NCBI GenBank assembly: GCA_964187785.1
Contig: OZ076413.1
Span: 15,686,001 to 15,750,000, forward strand
Length of the DNA: 64,000 nucleotides
Reading direction: 5' to 3'
DNA from: Amphiscolops sp. MND2022
Taxonomy: Eukaryota
A model generated the notes under the pieces. It searched no databases. It saw only the letters and a program-made list of their open reading frames with translations, and had not been told where the DNA came from. This document shows positions 38,510 through 49,790 of the stretch, piece after piece. Position numbers and translations under genes: made by a program. Numbering within the stretch: position 1 is the stretch's first letter; every line of letters starts with the position of its first letter.

Positions 38510-41500
38510 TTGGTCGTTTTTATGCAAGTAAAAAAATCAAAGCGTGAAGATTTGATGATTCTCAAAAAGATGCATCGCTGTGACGACTGCCAAAAAGTTT
38601 TTGCTTCTGAAAAGTCACTCTATCAGCATCTTCGAAAAAAGCATGAAAAAGAACCAACATTGTCCCAACCAAAATTTCGTATGGTCACTGTGAGACCGAA
38701 TTTGTTTCAACGAGGAATATACTTCGCCATTTGAGAAATCAACATAACCTTGCTGGCAATTTTAAATGCAATTGTTGTTCAACCATTTTTGGAGCTGAAG
38801 TGCCCCTCAATGAACATTTGCGCACTTTCCATTCCATTCAATCAAATAGTCAAGTTACGAAGCGATTGAACTTTAGTGAAAGTGTTTCAGTTTCTGCCAT
38901 CAAAACTGCAATAAAGTCTTCCTTTACGGTGTATCGTTTGGATCTTGAAAAGAACGACGTGGAACCTTTCCACTATTTGATATCCAACACAAACCATATT
39001 ATTAATTTAATAAACGCAAAGATACCGGATGATGGAAGCTCTCGCATCGGTCTAACTATTCATGTGCAACTCTGTAGGCCTCTGGAGGGTGAAAGAGTAG
39101 TCGTTCATTTTCACACCAGAATGGAACGATTCGCGCATGAAGTTATTGAAGACGATTACAATCATTTCGTGGACCAATTGATTTCTCAATTGAACATTTA
39201 CTGTACTGCGGGTTCTGGATGGGTTGTTGAATCACTTTTAGCTGTAGAAATCAAAGTCGCTGCCCCCATTAGGGAGACGGGATTTTCCTATATTGAGACT
39301 CCCGCCTCTCTCAATGGCCTACGAAGAAACATATTGAATGTGAAGAACAAACGGGACGAGTTTTGCTTTCTTTATTCTGTATTGGCGGCGTTGTATCCTC
39401 AAAAGAAGAATGTTGATCAACCATCATCTTATGTAGATAAATTCGATGAACTACGTTTCCAGAAAAGTGACTTTCCAATGTGTTTGAGCAAAATACGCTT
39501 CTTCGAAAAACGCAGTGATCTGTCGATTACCGTGTATCGATTTGAAAATGAGACTTTGCAAAATGTTTATCATTCAGAAAACTAAACCAGTCGTCGGAAT
39601 ATTAAATTGTTGTTGTTGTTGGATGGCCAGAAAAGTCACTTCTGCCTAATCAAAAATTTTCGAACTTAATGCACCAACTGCATCGATCTTCAAGAAAGCG
39701 ATGTACAGGTCCGAAGAGTAAATTTTGTGGCAATTGCTTTCAACCCATCATCCGATCGAATTACAGAAAACATATCGAGTTTTGCGAGGATCACAAACCA
39801 CTGGAAAATACAAGGCCTCAATGCGTTACGACATTGTCGTTCAACAATTGGCAAAAAACACAATGGTGTCCTTTTGTTGTCTATGCAGACTTGGAAGCTA
39901 TCGATGTCACGAGTGTCAACGGTTCTCAACAAACGCGAATGACTTCACACACAACTGAAATTGAAAAACAATATCCGACAAGTTTCGGTGCTGTGCTTTT
40001 CGATCAACGAAATTCTAGCATAGCAAAGAGCTCCTTTTATAAAGAAAAGGATTGTATTGAGCGTTTGATGGATACGTTGAGAATTTGGTTGTCTTCGACT
40101 TACCTTCAAACGCAAAAACATCGCCAATTGAAATTGTCACAATCGGAGCGAGAGCAGTTGATGTCTGCGCCTGGAATCGAGTGTTGTATCTGTGGCGCCA
40201 ATGTGGATCATGGTCTCAGAGTCGTGCATCCTTGCCACCTCACAGGTTTCGTTTTCGGGGTGGCTCGTTCTGAATGTAATTTGAAAGCGCGATCTGTCAA
40301 CTTCTTGCCTGTCATTTTCATAACCTCTCTCTATGATTCACATCATATCATCAAAACTTTGTTGCTGAAGGAGCATGAAAAATTGTTTGCTATTTCAAGA
40401 ACCGACGAAGTTTTTATTTCGTTTTCGATTACAGTTCCTGTGGGCTCCTACACAACCAAGAAAGGTAAAGTTGTTAAAGTTTCCCACGCTCTGAGATTTC
40501 TCGATAGCTTTCAGTTCATGGCTTAAAGTCTCGATGTTTTAGCGAAAACATTAAAGAAGGAAGACTTTCTGCTTTTGAAAGATCACTTCACTCAAACCAA
40601 TCCCGAGGTAGACTGGACACTGCTTACTGAAAAAGGGTTTTTTCCTTACAGCTATTAGATTCTTTTGGGAAGTTTCAGGAACCCTTGCCACCCTTTGGAA
40701 ACTGTTGGAAAAATTCATTGACTGGAAAGGTCGATATAACTGAAGCTCAATACGCACAGGCATTCCATATTTATAACCTTTTTCAATGCCAATGTCTGGG
40801 CGACTATCATGACATCTATCTGAAAATAGACGTTTTCATCCTAGCCGATGTGTTTCAACTGTTTAGGAAAGTTTGTATGAAAGTGTATTCCCTGGATCCA
40901 GCGCCTTTTTTGGCACCTAATCTCAGCTGGGAGGCAATGCTTATAACAACGCGAGCAACACTGGGTCTTTTGTCAGATGTGAACATGCTACTTTTTTTCG
41001 AGAGAGGGATTCGTGGAGGGATAAATGGAATTGGCGAATTGCGTCATTTTGAAGCCAACAACTCTTATATGGACTCCTTTGACGACTCAAACCCTTCGGT
41101 CTTTGGCGCCTTCTTTGATGTGACGTCTTTGTATGCTGGAAAAATGCAGCAAAAGCTCCCACTCTATCAATATGCATGGAATGACCCGATAACACTCTCA
41201 CAAATTCTTCAGACTGACGATGACTCTACAGTGGGATACTTTGTGGAGGTTGATTTGGAATATCCATCCTCATTGCATGATAAACACAATGATCTTCCTT
41301 TGGCACCCGAAAAGGTAACGATCAAACAGTCGTAGCTTTCCACAATTGCGCAAAGTTTTGGTATTAAAATTGCATCAGATGGTCCTAACAAGCTGATTGA
41401 AACACTCTTCGACAAAAACAATTATGTATGCCACTATCGTAATTTGAAATTTTACCACAAACATGGTCTGAAAGTTAAACGGCTGCATCGCGTGATCCAG

Positions 41501-42913
41501 TTCAGACAGAGCAAATGGCTGGGAGACTATATATCAAAAAACACTGTGATGAGAGAGCAAGCAGTCAACGACTTTGAGAAATACTTTTACAAACTAATGA
41601 GCAATGCTGGCTTCGGCAAAACAATGGAGAATTTACGTAACCGCAGAGAGATTAGCTTCGTTTTGAGCAAAGAACAGGCTGAGAAAGCGTTTCAAAAGCC
41701 AACCTTCAAGGGGTTTCAAATCATTCACGACAGTTTGGTGTTTGTAACTATGACTCCATCCAAAATACTCTGGAACAAACCAACTCCTGTGGGTGCGTCT
41801 ATTCTTGATCTCTCGAAACTTTGTCTGTACAAATTTCACTACTTCGAAATGAAACCTCGTTATCACCAAAACTTGAAGGTTTGTTACAAAGATACAGACT
41901 CTCTCCTTTACCGTATAGAAACGAAAGAATTATATGCTGAGATGGTCCCATTCAAACACTTGCTCGATTTATCCGATTATCCAGAGACACACTTCCTCCA
42001 TGATAACTCAAACCTCAAACAAAAAAGTCCCACTGACAATGACCGATGAGCTGCAAGGCAAGGTGTTGACTGAAACTGTTTGCTTACGATCAAAACTGTA
42101 CAGTATTCAATTCCAAGGCGGCGTCAAGCGCAGAGCGCCAAAGGCGTTCAAAAGAGTGTGAAAAAGACTCTCCACCACGATTTGTTCAAGTCCTGCTTGT
42201 TCGATAAACAGCCTGTTCGTAAGTCAATGACACAATTGAAGTCCGAAAGCCATCAAATTGTTGTCAACCGGGTCAATAAAATAGCCGTCAGTTCCTATGA
42301 TGACAAACGCTACCTACTTGAAGATGGAGTACGGTCTCTAGCTTATGGGCATTATTCACTGAGGAAGTTTGATGAAAATGGTGAGTTCATTTCAGATCGC
42401 CTCCTATTTTTGAAATGTTTCTTGTTCAAGCTGTTCATATTTGTTACAGGGCCATCTCGATGGTCGGTTTATCAATCCGATAGTGAGCAAAGTGTCTCAT
42501 CTCTGTCGTCTTCAAATGAATCTTCCTCTACCTCGTCTACCGAATCTGACGATGCCAATGAGCCTGTCACTGCTGTATATCCTGTTCTACACTCTCTCTT
42601 GGAATCAGCTGATTCTTTCAGTAAAATTTTCACTTGTCGATTTTATTTTCAAACGAAAAAATGTGGCAACAAGAAAAGTTTTGTTCTTGAGGTCCTCCGG
42701 ATCCTGGTTTTCATCAGTCGCCGCAAAGGGAGCAATTATCGTCTTTGGACTGGGATGACTTTGACGAAATGTTGGCAGCACAAGAGAAATGTGATGCCAA
42801 ACCATCAGCTTGTCCCTTTATTGACTACGAGGCCATCGAAGCCAGTAGTAGTGACAGAATATTGTAACTCTCAAGAGCAAACGCGCTCGCTCGAAACGCC
42901 TAGTGTCCTATAG
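38510..42913 (+). pseudogene. polB: Protein-primed family B DNA polymerase with three N-terminal C2H2 fingers and endonuclease VII-like insert; at least six stops/frameshifts
   Basis: ORF pieces 38510-38734, 38731-39585, 39669-40526, 40685-41335, 41444-42049, 42080-42913. Motifs: VYADLEA (ExoI), FLDSFQFM, YLKIDV (ExoIII), FDVTSLY (A), KLMSNAGFGK (B), YKDTDS (C), RSKLY, DDKRY. Confidence 0.95.
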
Positions 42914-43017
42914 TGACAGTGACAAGACGAATGATGTGTAAAGAATTGTACAAAGAAAACCTGGTGTTGAGATTATTTTATATATTATCAGAGTAATAAT
43001 AATATGGCTATAATTTT

Positions 43018-43653
43018 CTAGTATGAAGTGTATTTGAAATTTCTTTTACAATGTGAATTGAAGTATCTAACTAAATCAATTTCCGAAAACATTTTCATAG
43101 TACTAATTTTCGGGAGAAATTGCTTCATCAACGTTTCATGTGACAAGCTCCAAAGTGAAGTGCTATCGAGGGTTTGACAAAAATTGTGGGCCATTAGAAG
43201 GCAATATAATCCACACAGGTTTGAACTACGATTCTGCAGAGGAAAAAAGATAATGTCGACATTGGCAACTTTTTTTGAGAGCTGGCTCAAGCGTTTGTGA
43301 ATCCAAATGTGGCGCGACAGCTCTATTCCCAATGGGTCCCAAACCGAAATATTGACAAAGTGTTTCATCCATGTTTTCAAACAAAGCCTTCGCGCCGGAG
43401 CTTTTCTTGTTTTGCGATGGCCAAATTTCCTTCCAACAGCAACAAGGCAAACTAGTAACCAATGTTGCCCAATTTGGTCCGACCTGAAAGTGTTCACAAT
43501 TTGATAGAAAAAATTAATAGCTCCTGATTGTTGGAAGCTTTTTTCGAGATCTTTCTCAACGAGAAAGTTGTCGGCGGAAGCGACGCCCAAATGTTTGTTG
43601 AATAGCAAAGGGCAGCAACCTTGTGTTAGTTGAATCAACGTTTCATTGTCCAT
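43018..43653 (-). CDS. Adenain-like cysteine maturation protease
   Basis: IVNT...GQHWLLV...WDPLG...LQNRSSNLCGLYC: His/Asp/Gln/Cys catalytic residues; ORF intact. Confidence 0.88.
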   Translation of the reverse strand: MDNETLIQLTQGCCPLLFNKHLGVASADNFLVEKDLEKSFQQSGAINFFYQIVNTFRSDQIGQHWLLVCLVAVGRKFGHRKTRKAPARRLCLKTWMKHFVNISVWDPLGIELSRHIWIHKRLSQLSKKVANVDIIFFPLQNRSSNLCGLYCLLMAHNFCQTLDSTSLWSLSHETLMKQFLPKISTMKMFSEIDLVRYFNSHCKRNFKYTSY

Positions 43654-43656
43654 TGG

Positions 43657-45059
43657 TCAGTACCCAGAGTTTTTCAAAATGTTTCTGCTCGCGTCGATAG
43701 TAACCTGACTGTAGCGTTCGCCAATGAGAAAAAATTCTACTGCTTCTGGGAGGGCTGTTGCAAAGGTCAGTTTCATTGTCAATCCAGCACCAGTCAGCTC
43801 CGGAAACAAGGTCAAGCTTTTACTTGCCTCTCTTGTGGAAGTTAGGTCAAACACGAGAAAGAAGTGATTGTCTCAGTATTCATCCAACGTGATTCCATTA
43901 CCGCTCCGCTCAAACCCTAGTGCTGTAAGGGGGGTTTTAATACAGTCTTGAATTGGGTTGTAATACACATTGTAATAGAGTCTTGAATTGTTGGTAGTGT
44001 CTAGCGGCGTGCCCGCTATGGGCAAGCCATTCCCACGCTGCAGTTCTACTTTTTGCAAGCTGAATTTTTCGTAACGGAATGACGTGGAAGCTAAAGTAGT
44101 TCCTCTAAAGAAGCGATTTCGAACCATGCACAGAGTCAGTCTACGAATAGGTTCTGTGCCGAAAATGTTTTCCTTCACAAAGCAGTTTTGACCAGCTTGA
44201 ACAAGGAAACTTTTTGTCAAACATTCAATATACGGATAAACCGCTCGGCTTTTGGATAATGCTCGCTCAATGCTAACCTTCACGGCATCAGACAAGACAG
44301 TTTTATTGACAAACAATGAAGCTTTTTCTATGGTCACTGATGTGGGATTTTGTTCCAAATCTTTCACATCCGCGGCATTCAGAGTTGTGAGGGTTTCCAT
44401 TGCGCAAAGGTTAGGTGATCGGTAGAAGCGCAAATGAAGCGTTACGCCGGGCAAAAGTAGACGCTCACATTCGAGAAAGTCAATATGAGGCGCTCCATAC
44501 AATTGTACGGAACATTTTCCCTCGCTGGTGTTTTTGACTACAATCTTAGCTTTAATTTCATCATTCATTATCTTGTCTCCGCGGTATTGGTAGCGCTGAC
44601 ATCGCGCCCATGTGCCCGTGCTAGTAGTGTCGGTTGATAATTCAGTTTCCACAAACGCCGAACGATGATAGTTGTTGCTGCTGCTCGAAATCAACTTCTC
44701 ATTTAGAAACAACTCAACGTGGGAAAATAAGGAGTGAAGAGTATTGTTGGCAAAGATGATGTTTTCTGAACCATTGAGGCGATCTGTTCCGTTTGGTTTG
44801 TACAGGGTCACTTCAAGTGAGAGACATATTCTGTTCAAGTCGATGCAATTTTTGCTATCGGCAGTCACGAAAAAATCCAACTGGGGCCCGCGACAGCCAA
44901 CGTGTGGGAATACTTCTTGATCAAATGAACCTTCGTAACTGATGAGCACTGACTGTTTCTCAAAAAGTCCAATGCACTGTGCGTTACAGGATTGGCAATT
45001 TCAGAACATGCTCCACAAAACGTTATTGGCGCGGTCGCTTGTGATGTTGTGGATGACAT
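43657..45059 (-). pseudogene. Major capsid protein (double jelly-roll, Maverick PY/hexon-like), frameshifts near 44960 and 43870
   Basis: HSALDF...GPQLDFFV...IDLN; NNTLHSLFSHVELFLN; SNNYHRSAFVETELS; C-terminal FDLT...LTMKLTFATALPEAV...VTIDASRNI in the 43657-43854 frame. Confidence 0.88.
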
Positions 45060-45067
45060 AATAATTT

Positions 45068-45616
45068 CTAGGCTTCAGTGAATGCAACACTAGACAAAAT
45101 GTCGGAGCGACTTCTCTTGGCAACGTTTTTGTTCAAAATTGCATTATTGTTTCTTTTTTTTCTTTTTCTACTCGACTGCACCGGATTTGTGCTGCCCCCG
45201 CTGCCGCCTGCCCGCCCGGTCGCAGGCCTCGATCCGCCGCCGCCGCCGTCGTCCGCGCGTGAAGTGGGTGGGGTGGATCGAACAGCAGATGTTTTGACAG
45301 TTTTTTCGACCGACTTTTTCAATGATTCTTTCAACTCTTTCTGGGGCGGTTTTTTTCCTGCAACAATTTTGGGAATTTCGGGTACAAATGCCGAAATTAG
45401 ATTTCGGCCAAATTCTTTTGCCACAGGCAGAAAATACTTTTCCACTAATGGCAGGGCGACGCGGCCCATCCTCATTGCAAACGCTCCTAGTCCCCCCGAG
45501 CCGTATTGGCGTGCGGGTCCTTGGAATGTAGTTGCGCTTGAAGACACCTTTGAAAGAATCTGGCTATCATAATGCTGATCCATTGGGTTTTGTAACTTTT
45601 GTTGAGTTTGAAGCAA
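45068..45616 (-). CDS. Putative virion core/membrane-active protein with protease-cleavage-like QYGSGGLG motif, amphipathic helix and basic tail
   Basis: FQGPARQYGSGGLGAFAMRMGRVALPLVEKYFLP; C-terminal SRKRKKR...KRSRSDIL; lies between mCP and MCP as in Mavericks. Confidence 0.6.
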   Translation of the reverse strand: MLQTQQKLQNPMDQHYDSQILSKVSSSATTFQGPARQYGSGGLGAFAMRMGRVALPLVEKYFLPVAKEFGRNLISAFVPEIPKIVAGKKPPQKELKESLKKSVEKTVKTSAVRSTPPTSRADDGGGGGSRPATGRAGGSGGSTNPVQSSRKRKKRNNNAILNKNVAKRSRSDILSSVAFTEA

Positions 45617-45688
45617 CCGTTCCCGTGGATCTGTAGTCTACAAGTAATTTCTGAATGAGAATGGAGCAACACAAAGAGGAAGCAAACT

Positions 45689-46668
45689 TTAGCTGCATCG
45701 TTTGAATTGTAAAGTCACATTTGTGCGTCCGCGACTGAGGAATGGAATCAAGTCACCAGTCTCACTTCTTAGCGATATGGTGATTGATTGAATGGAACAA
45801 TTGATGAGGCGTCGCCATTGAAGCTTGGAAAATGTTCGCTGATTGTTGCTTGTGGTTGTAGTTGAAAGAGGTATGGCGCGCCACAGAGCTGATCGCGTGT
45901 CGCCCAAAATTTCATTGTGGACCAAATCACAGTAGAAAAACATTGTATGGCATCCAGCCGTCAAGTCAACCGGATACTTTTCCATTCGTGCGTCATGACT
46001 TTGCTCTTTACCAATATCCATTCTTGACTTCTTATCAATTTCTCCATTTTCGTCAACATCATGATGATTGTTGGCTTTCTCCTGCCCTCCACAATCAATG
46101 AGACTTTGCGAACCCAAAATGTTTTGCAAATTTTTTGACACAAGTCTTACTTTTAATGCATCCTCCGAAGAACCTGTGAAATTCACATTCAAAATTCGAG
46201 AAATTGGGCAAATGTTCCATTCCACGTGTAAATTTGCGTTGTCAGCTTTGCTAAAAATTTGGCGAAAGATCGTGTCCAGCAAGCAATCAATCGTTGGATA
46301 GCACCCACATGGTATAGAATGTGGTTTTTCCTTATCGAACTTGTTTTCTTGCAGAATCGAGTGTGTACGTTTGCGAGGATCAGACATCGTCACAAGTCCT
46401 GGTGTGTAACCTCTATGTGGATGTCGTTTTCTCGAGCTCGCTTCAGTGGTAAGTGTCTCGACTTTTTAACGGTAAATTTTCCCTCCGTCACATTTTTGAT
46501 CAAATTGGACCACGAAATCTCCACAACGGCAACCTCCCATGTCCCTTGTAGTTGCATTTCTTCGGGGAGTAATGTAGTGAAGTGTGCCAGAGAACTTTCT
46601 GGGAAAGTTGTCATCGATGCGTTGGAAACTAAATTAATGGTAAAGGTATTCCGAGACAACGACTGCAT
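45689..46668 (-). pseudogene. Minor capsid protein (penton, single jelly-roll; Maverick PZ), split near 46390
   Basis: N-terminal FTINLVSNASMTTFPESSLAHFTTLLP...WEVAVVEI; C-terminal MFFYCDLVHNEILGD...LRSETGDLIPF...VTLQFKR. Confidence 0.85.
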
Positions 46669-46703
46669 TCTGCCGGTGCTGTTTTGAATTTGATTTTTTC
46701 CGG

Positions 46704-47934
46704 TCAAACGTTTTCGGCTTCGAAACGAACAAGCTCGCTCTCATAAAATTTGCCTTCAAACAACTGCTCATTAGCGTCTTTGAGCAAGTACGTGGGAAGA
46801 TTCAATGTTTTGAACGCCACAATTTCAAAGACTTCTTCGGTGAATTGGATGCGGTAGCCACGATGAAACAGGTCAAGTTTTCTCCTGATTCGAACGTGCT
46901 GTCCAATTTTATATCTTGGTTTTTGCACGGCATTGGAACTTTGCAGGGAAACAAGAAAAGCTTCGTCTGATTTTTGCACTTGCTCGGGAGCCATTTTGGT
47001 AATTCGGTTAACTCGAGAATTTATCACGTTATCAAAACTCTGCAAATTGCCTATGTAGACGTCAGTGCTGTTTTCATGGAGATACTTGAAAATTATAGAT
47101 TTTAGCGAGCGAATATTTCGGTCAGCAAATGCTGACTTTGTTTCACTGTTTGTTGAGTACAATTCAATGGCTGCGTTCTGGCAAAATGATGCAAATTCTC
47201 CAGCCAATTCCCGGCTCTTGTCCACCCAAATTTTTTCCGGCTTCCCGGGCACTGCAGTGGTACCTCTGGTAGTACGACAAAAAAGTGGCTGCATATTGGG
47301 TGATTCGTTTCTGATGTCTGAAATTATCTCCTTCAATGCATTTCTACATGAATCGGCAGTTTTTCGCTTTATCGGTTGGACCCAAAGAAATTGGCAGAGT
47401 ATCCACCGCGACGAAAAGAAAATTCACGGCATTGTTTGGTCGAGCAAGCTGCTGCATATCAGCCAAGTCGACCGACCAAATCTCATTGAGTCTGAACGTT
47501 TGAACCTTGAGACGAAGAAATTTTTTCTTACTTTGTTTGAACTTTGAGTAAGTCTCTTTCTTATGAAGGTAATTGTCTACTTGTTCATAACTGCAGTTCG
47601 AGTATTTTTTGAGAGACGCACGGCTTCCAAACGATGCCGGACTCTGACATGAAGTGTATAGAGTGTGTAATTTGCTGTAAGCAATTGAATCCGCATTCGC
47701 TGGTACCAGTCGTCTAATTTTTTAACATTTCGAACACATAAAAGTCCCTGAAGATTTCGGATAGTCGGCTGCACTGCTCAGACCGCTGCATTTGAAGTGA
47801 ACCCAGCCACAAACGTTGCACCATATTGTTGGCTTTTGACGTGTTCCTTTCCCCAACGAATGCGCAGAGCTGCCGCAAAAATATTCTTGTTTTTTGGTTC
47901 TCCTTGTTTGTGTTCTTCTCTTGCATTGTTCCAT
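46704..47934 (-). pseudogene. Retroviral-like integrase preceded in frame by a PHD finger; TAA at 47722-47724, frameshift near 47393, catalytic Glu read as Asp; no C-terminal chromodomain
   Basis: IWCNVCGWVHFKCSGL...FMCSKC*KIRRLVP...LYTSCQSPASFGS...EIWSVDLADMQ...FVAVDT; IWVDKSRE; AFADRNIRSLK; RGYRIQFTEEVF; GKFYESEL then stop. Confidence 0.88.
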
Positions 47935-47949
47935 AAGGTTGGACACCGT

Positions 47950-48619
47950 AGTAAAAACGCAGCCACTTGGCTTGATTGCTGAACGATTCGGATTGGTCTT
48001 GCGAATCGTCTTCGCTTAAAATTGTTCTTTTGATTTCAGCAGCTGCTTTTTTAGCATTCGTGTTCGCTGAAAGGTACTCTGGCAATTGCAAGCGGCGAAC
48101 TAAGTCAAGCGTAGGCTCGTTTAAATTTTTTGTTGTTGTCTGCAGATAGTAGAGGAAATCAAAAACAGACACCCCTGTGTCGCGGTCGTGTAACAAAATT
48201 CTTCCCGAAATTTTATCAATTGAAACGTTCTCAGTATCGTTAATCTTGCGAAGTATTTGTCGAGAGCGTTCAACTTTTCCACCACTGAGTCCTACAGATA
48301 AAAGTTCAAAAATGACGTTCTCAGATTTGGACGACTGTGATGCTGCCTCTGTCTTCTTGAAATCAGATAGGTTTGTTGCGGGTTGCGGTCTTTTTTTGTA
48401 TCGGGAATGCAAGTTCCATTGTGCACATTCTGATGCTGAGGGAAACTGCAAGCTAACTATTCCCTTGTTTTCGAGCTCTGATATTGATGTATTTTCGTTT
48501 TCCTTCAAGTCAGTTGTTGCTGCCCGCTCCGCGCTTTCTGATTTGCGAAGTGACGATAACGTTGAATACTCTTCAGCTGTTATTAGAATGAAGTCTTTTG
48601 CCCTACTGTTTAACACCAT
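47950..48619 (-). CDS. Conserved Maverick-type hypothetical protein (track ORF runs on to 47714 over the PHD ORF)
   Basis: ILHDRDTGVSVFDFLYYLQ...LPEYLSANTNAK resembles uncharacterised Maverick core ORFs; the true 3' end is uncertain. Confidence 0.5.
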
Positions 48620-48851
48620 GTCGCTTTTTCAAATGATTAGAAACGGATGGTTGTATTTTTCTCAACAGCCGGAGACCATTGGTAGTTGGGAGAGAATGCA
48701 GTTTTCGCCGTATTCCAACTTTCTTGTTGTTGAGAAGATCAATTAGTTTCCTATGCGGATTTAACTGCTTCCTCGAAGCTGGTGCAATCATCTGGATTTT
48801 ACCTCTGAGAATATTGAAAATGCAATCGAAAAAAAAATTTAATTTTGTCAA
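48603..48851 (-). CDS. Small basic Maverick-type protein
   Basis: DCIFNILRGKIQM...KQLNPHRKLIDLL...KKVGIRRK pattern, located immediately downstream of the ATPase. Confidence 0.55.
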   Translation of the reverse strand: MTKLNFFFDCIFNILRGKIQMIAPASRKQLNPHRKLIDLLNNKKVGIRRKLHSLPTTNGLRLLRKIQPSVSNHLKKRHGVKQ

Positions 48852-48907
48852 TAGAACAATGTGAAATATACAGTCGTTTTACAATTGGCTTCATTTCGCT
48901 GAAAAAA

Positions 48908-49608
48908 TCATACATATAACGCTCTTGTTGACTCATTGTGCAACTGTTCCGAAGTGTGATTCGAAGTTATATAAAAGATCGAAGGCTCATTGCCCGAGCA
49001 TTTGGAAGCGTATTTAAGTTTAGGGTCTGCATGAGGATCGAAGTCAACCAACAAATGACCAAACGCTTCACGAGTTTCTCTTTTATAGGCGTCCAGTAAC
49101 AATTGTCTGTCCCCCATTTCACGTCCAAGAACAGCTATTTGCTCCATTCTCGCGGGCTCTTGAAAAGGATAATTTCAGTGACGTTTAGCTCTATTGTTTT
49201 CGAGTGCTTCGATTATTGAAACAGATTGTGCTTCAGTGTAATCAAATGGATATTTCGATGTCTCCCTGCAATTACCAAATTCAGAAAATATTCGTCTTCG
49301 CATGCTTGTTGGTAGAGGTCATCAATCACCAAAAGAGTTCGCAAGCTCTGCGCTTCACACTTTTCGACTGCATTCCAGTCGAGGCCCTGATGGAATTCGA
49401 TTTGTACTTTAGATTGAACACATTTCAATTGCAGTTCTTCGCAGTTCGGTTGGAAATGATTGTACAAGTAGAGAATTTTGTCAAAAGAAGGTCTGAAAAC
49501 TTTATATTGGTTCACTAGCATACTTGAGACTAGCTGAGTTTTCCCACTTCCACATGGTCCGACAGCTGACAGGAAGCAGTGAGGATCCGTTCGAATACGC
49601 TTGTTCAT
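48908..49608 (-). pseudogene. Genome-packaging ATPase (A32/FtsK-HerA-like), nonsense at 49213-49215 and frameshift near 49148
   Basis: Walker A GPCGSGKT, Walker B LLVIDD, AGRHRNI arginine motif, FKSPR, GHLLVD. Confidence 0.92.
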
Positions 49609-49790
49609 TTGTCAGTCTTCGGAATCAAATACCCAATGCAGGTAGATAGAACCGCTATTATTCCAGTTTTATACAAAATCTTCTCGGTCAATACTAGATA
49701 TAGAAATGAGCAAATGATTATCAAGAACAAAAGAAATAATGAACTATGATATGTAGTTGAAATCACAAGAAAAGATCTGCTGCAGTTAAT
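49605..49790 (-). CDS. Small two-TM membrane protein (start lost or frameshifted), stop overlaps ATPase ATG
   Basis: Hand translation: SLFLLFLIIICSFLYLVLTEKILYKTGIIAVLSTCIGYLIPKTDK*; ATGA overlap at 49605-49608. Confidence 0.5.
   Translation of the reverse strand: MNCSRSFLVISTTYHSSLFLLFLIIICSFLYLVLTEKILYKTGIIAVLSTCIGYLIPKTDK

Noticed and set aside
47714-47950. C-terminal ~80 aa of the 301-aa ORF as real protein
   Set aside because: It overlaps the PHD frame, which has the recognisable motif; likely read-through after loss of the native stop.
45078-48746. Plus-strand ORFs 45078-45572, 46259-46687, 47065-47547, 48177-48746
   Set aside because: Antisense shadows of recognisable minus-strand Polinton genes, with no motifs of their own.
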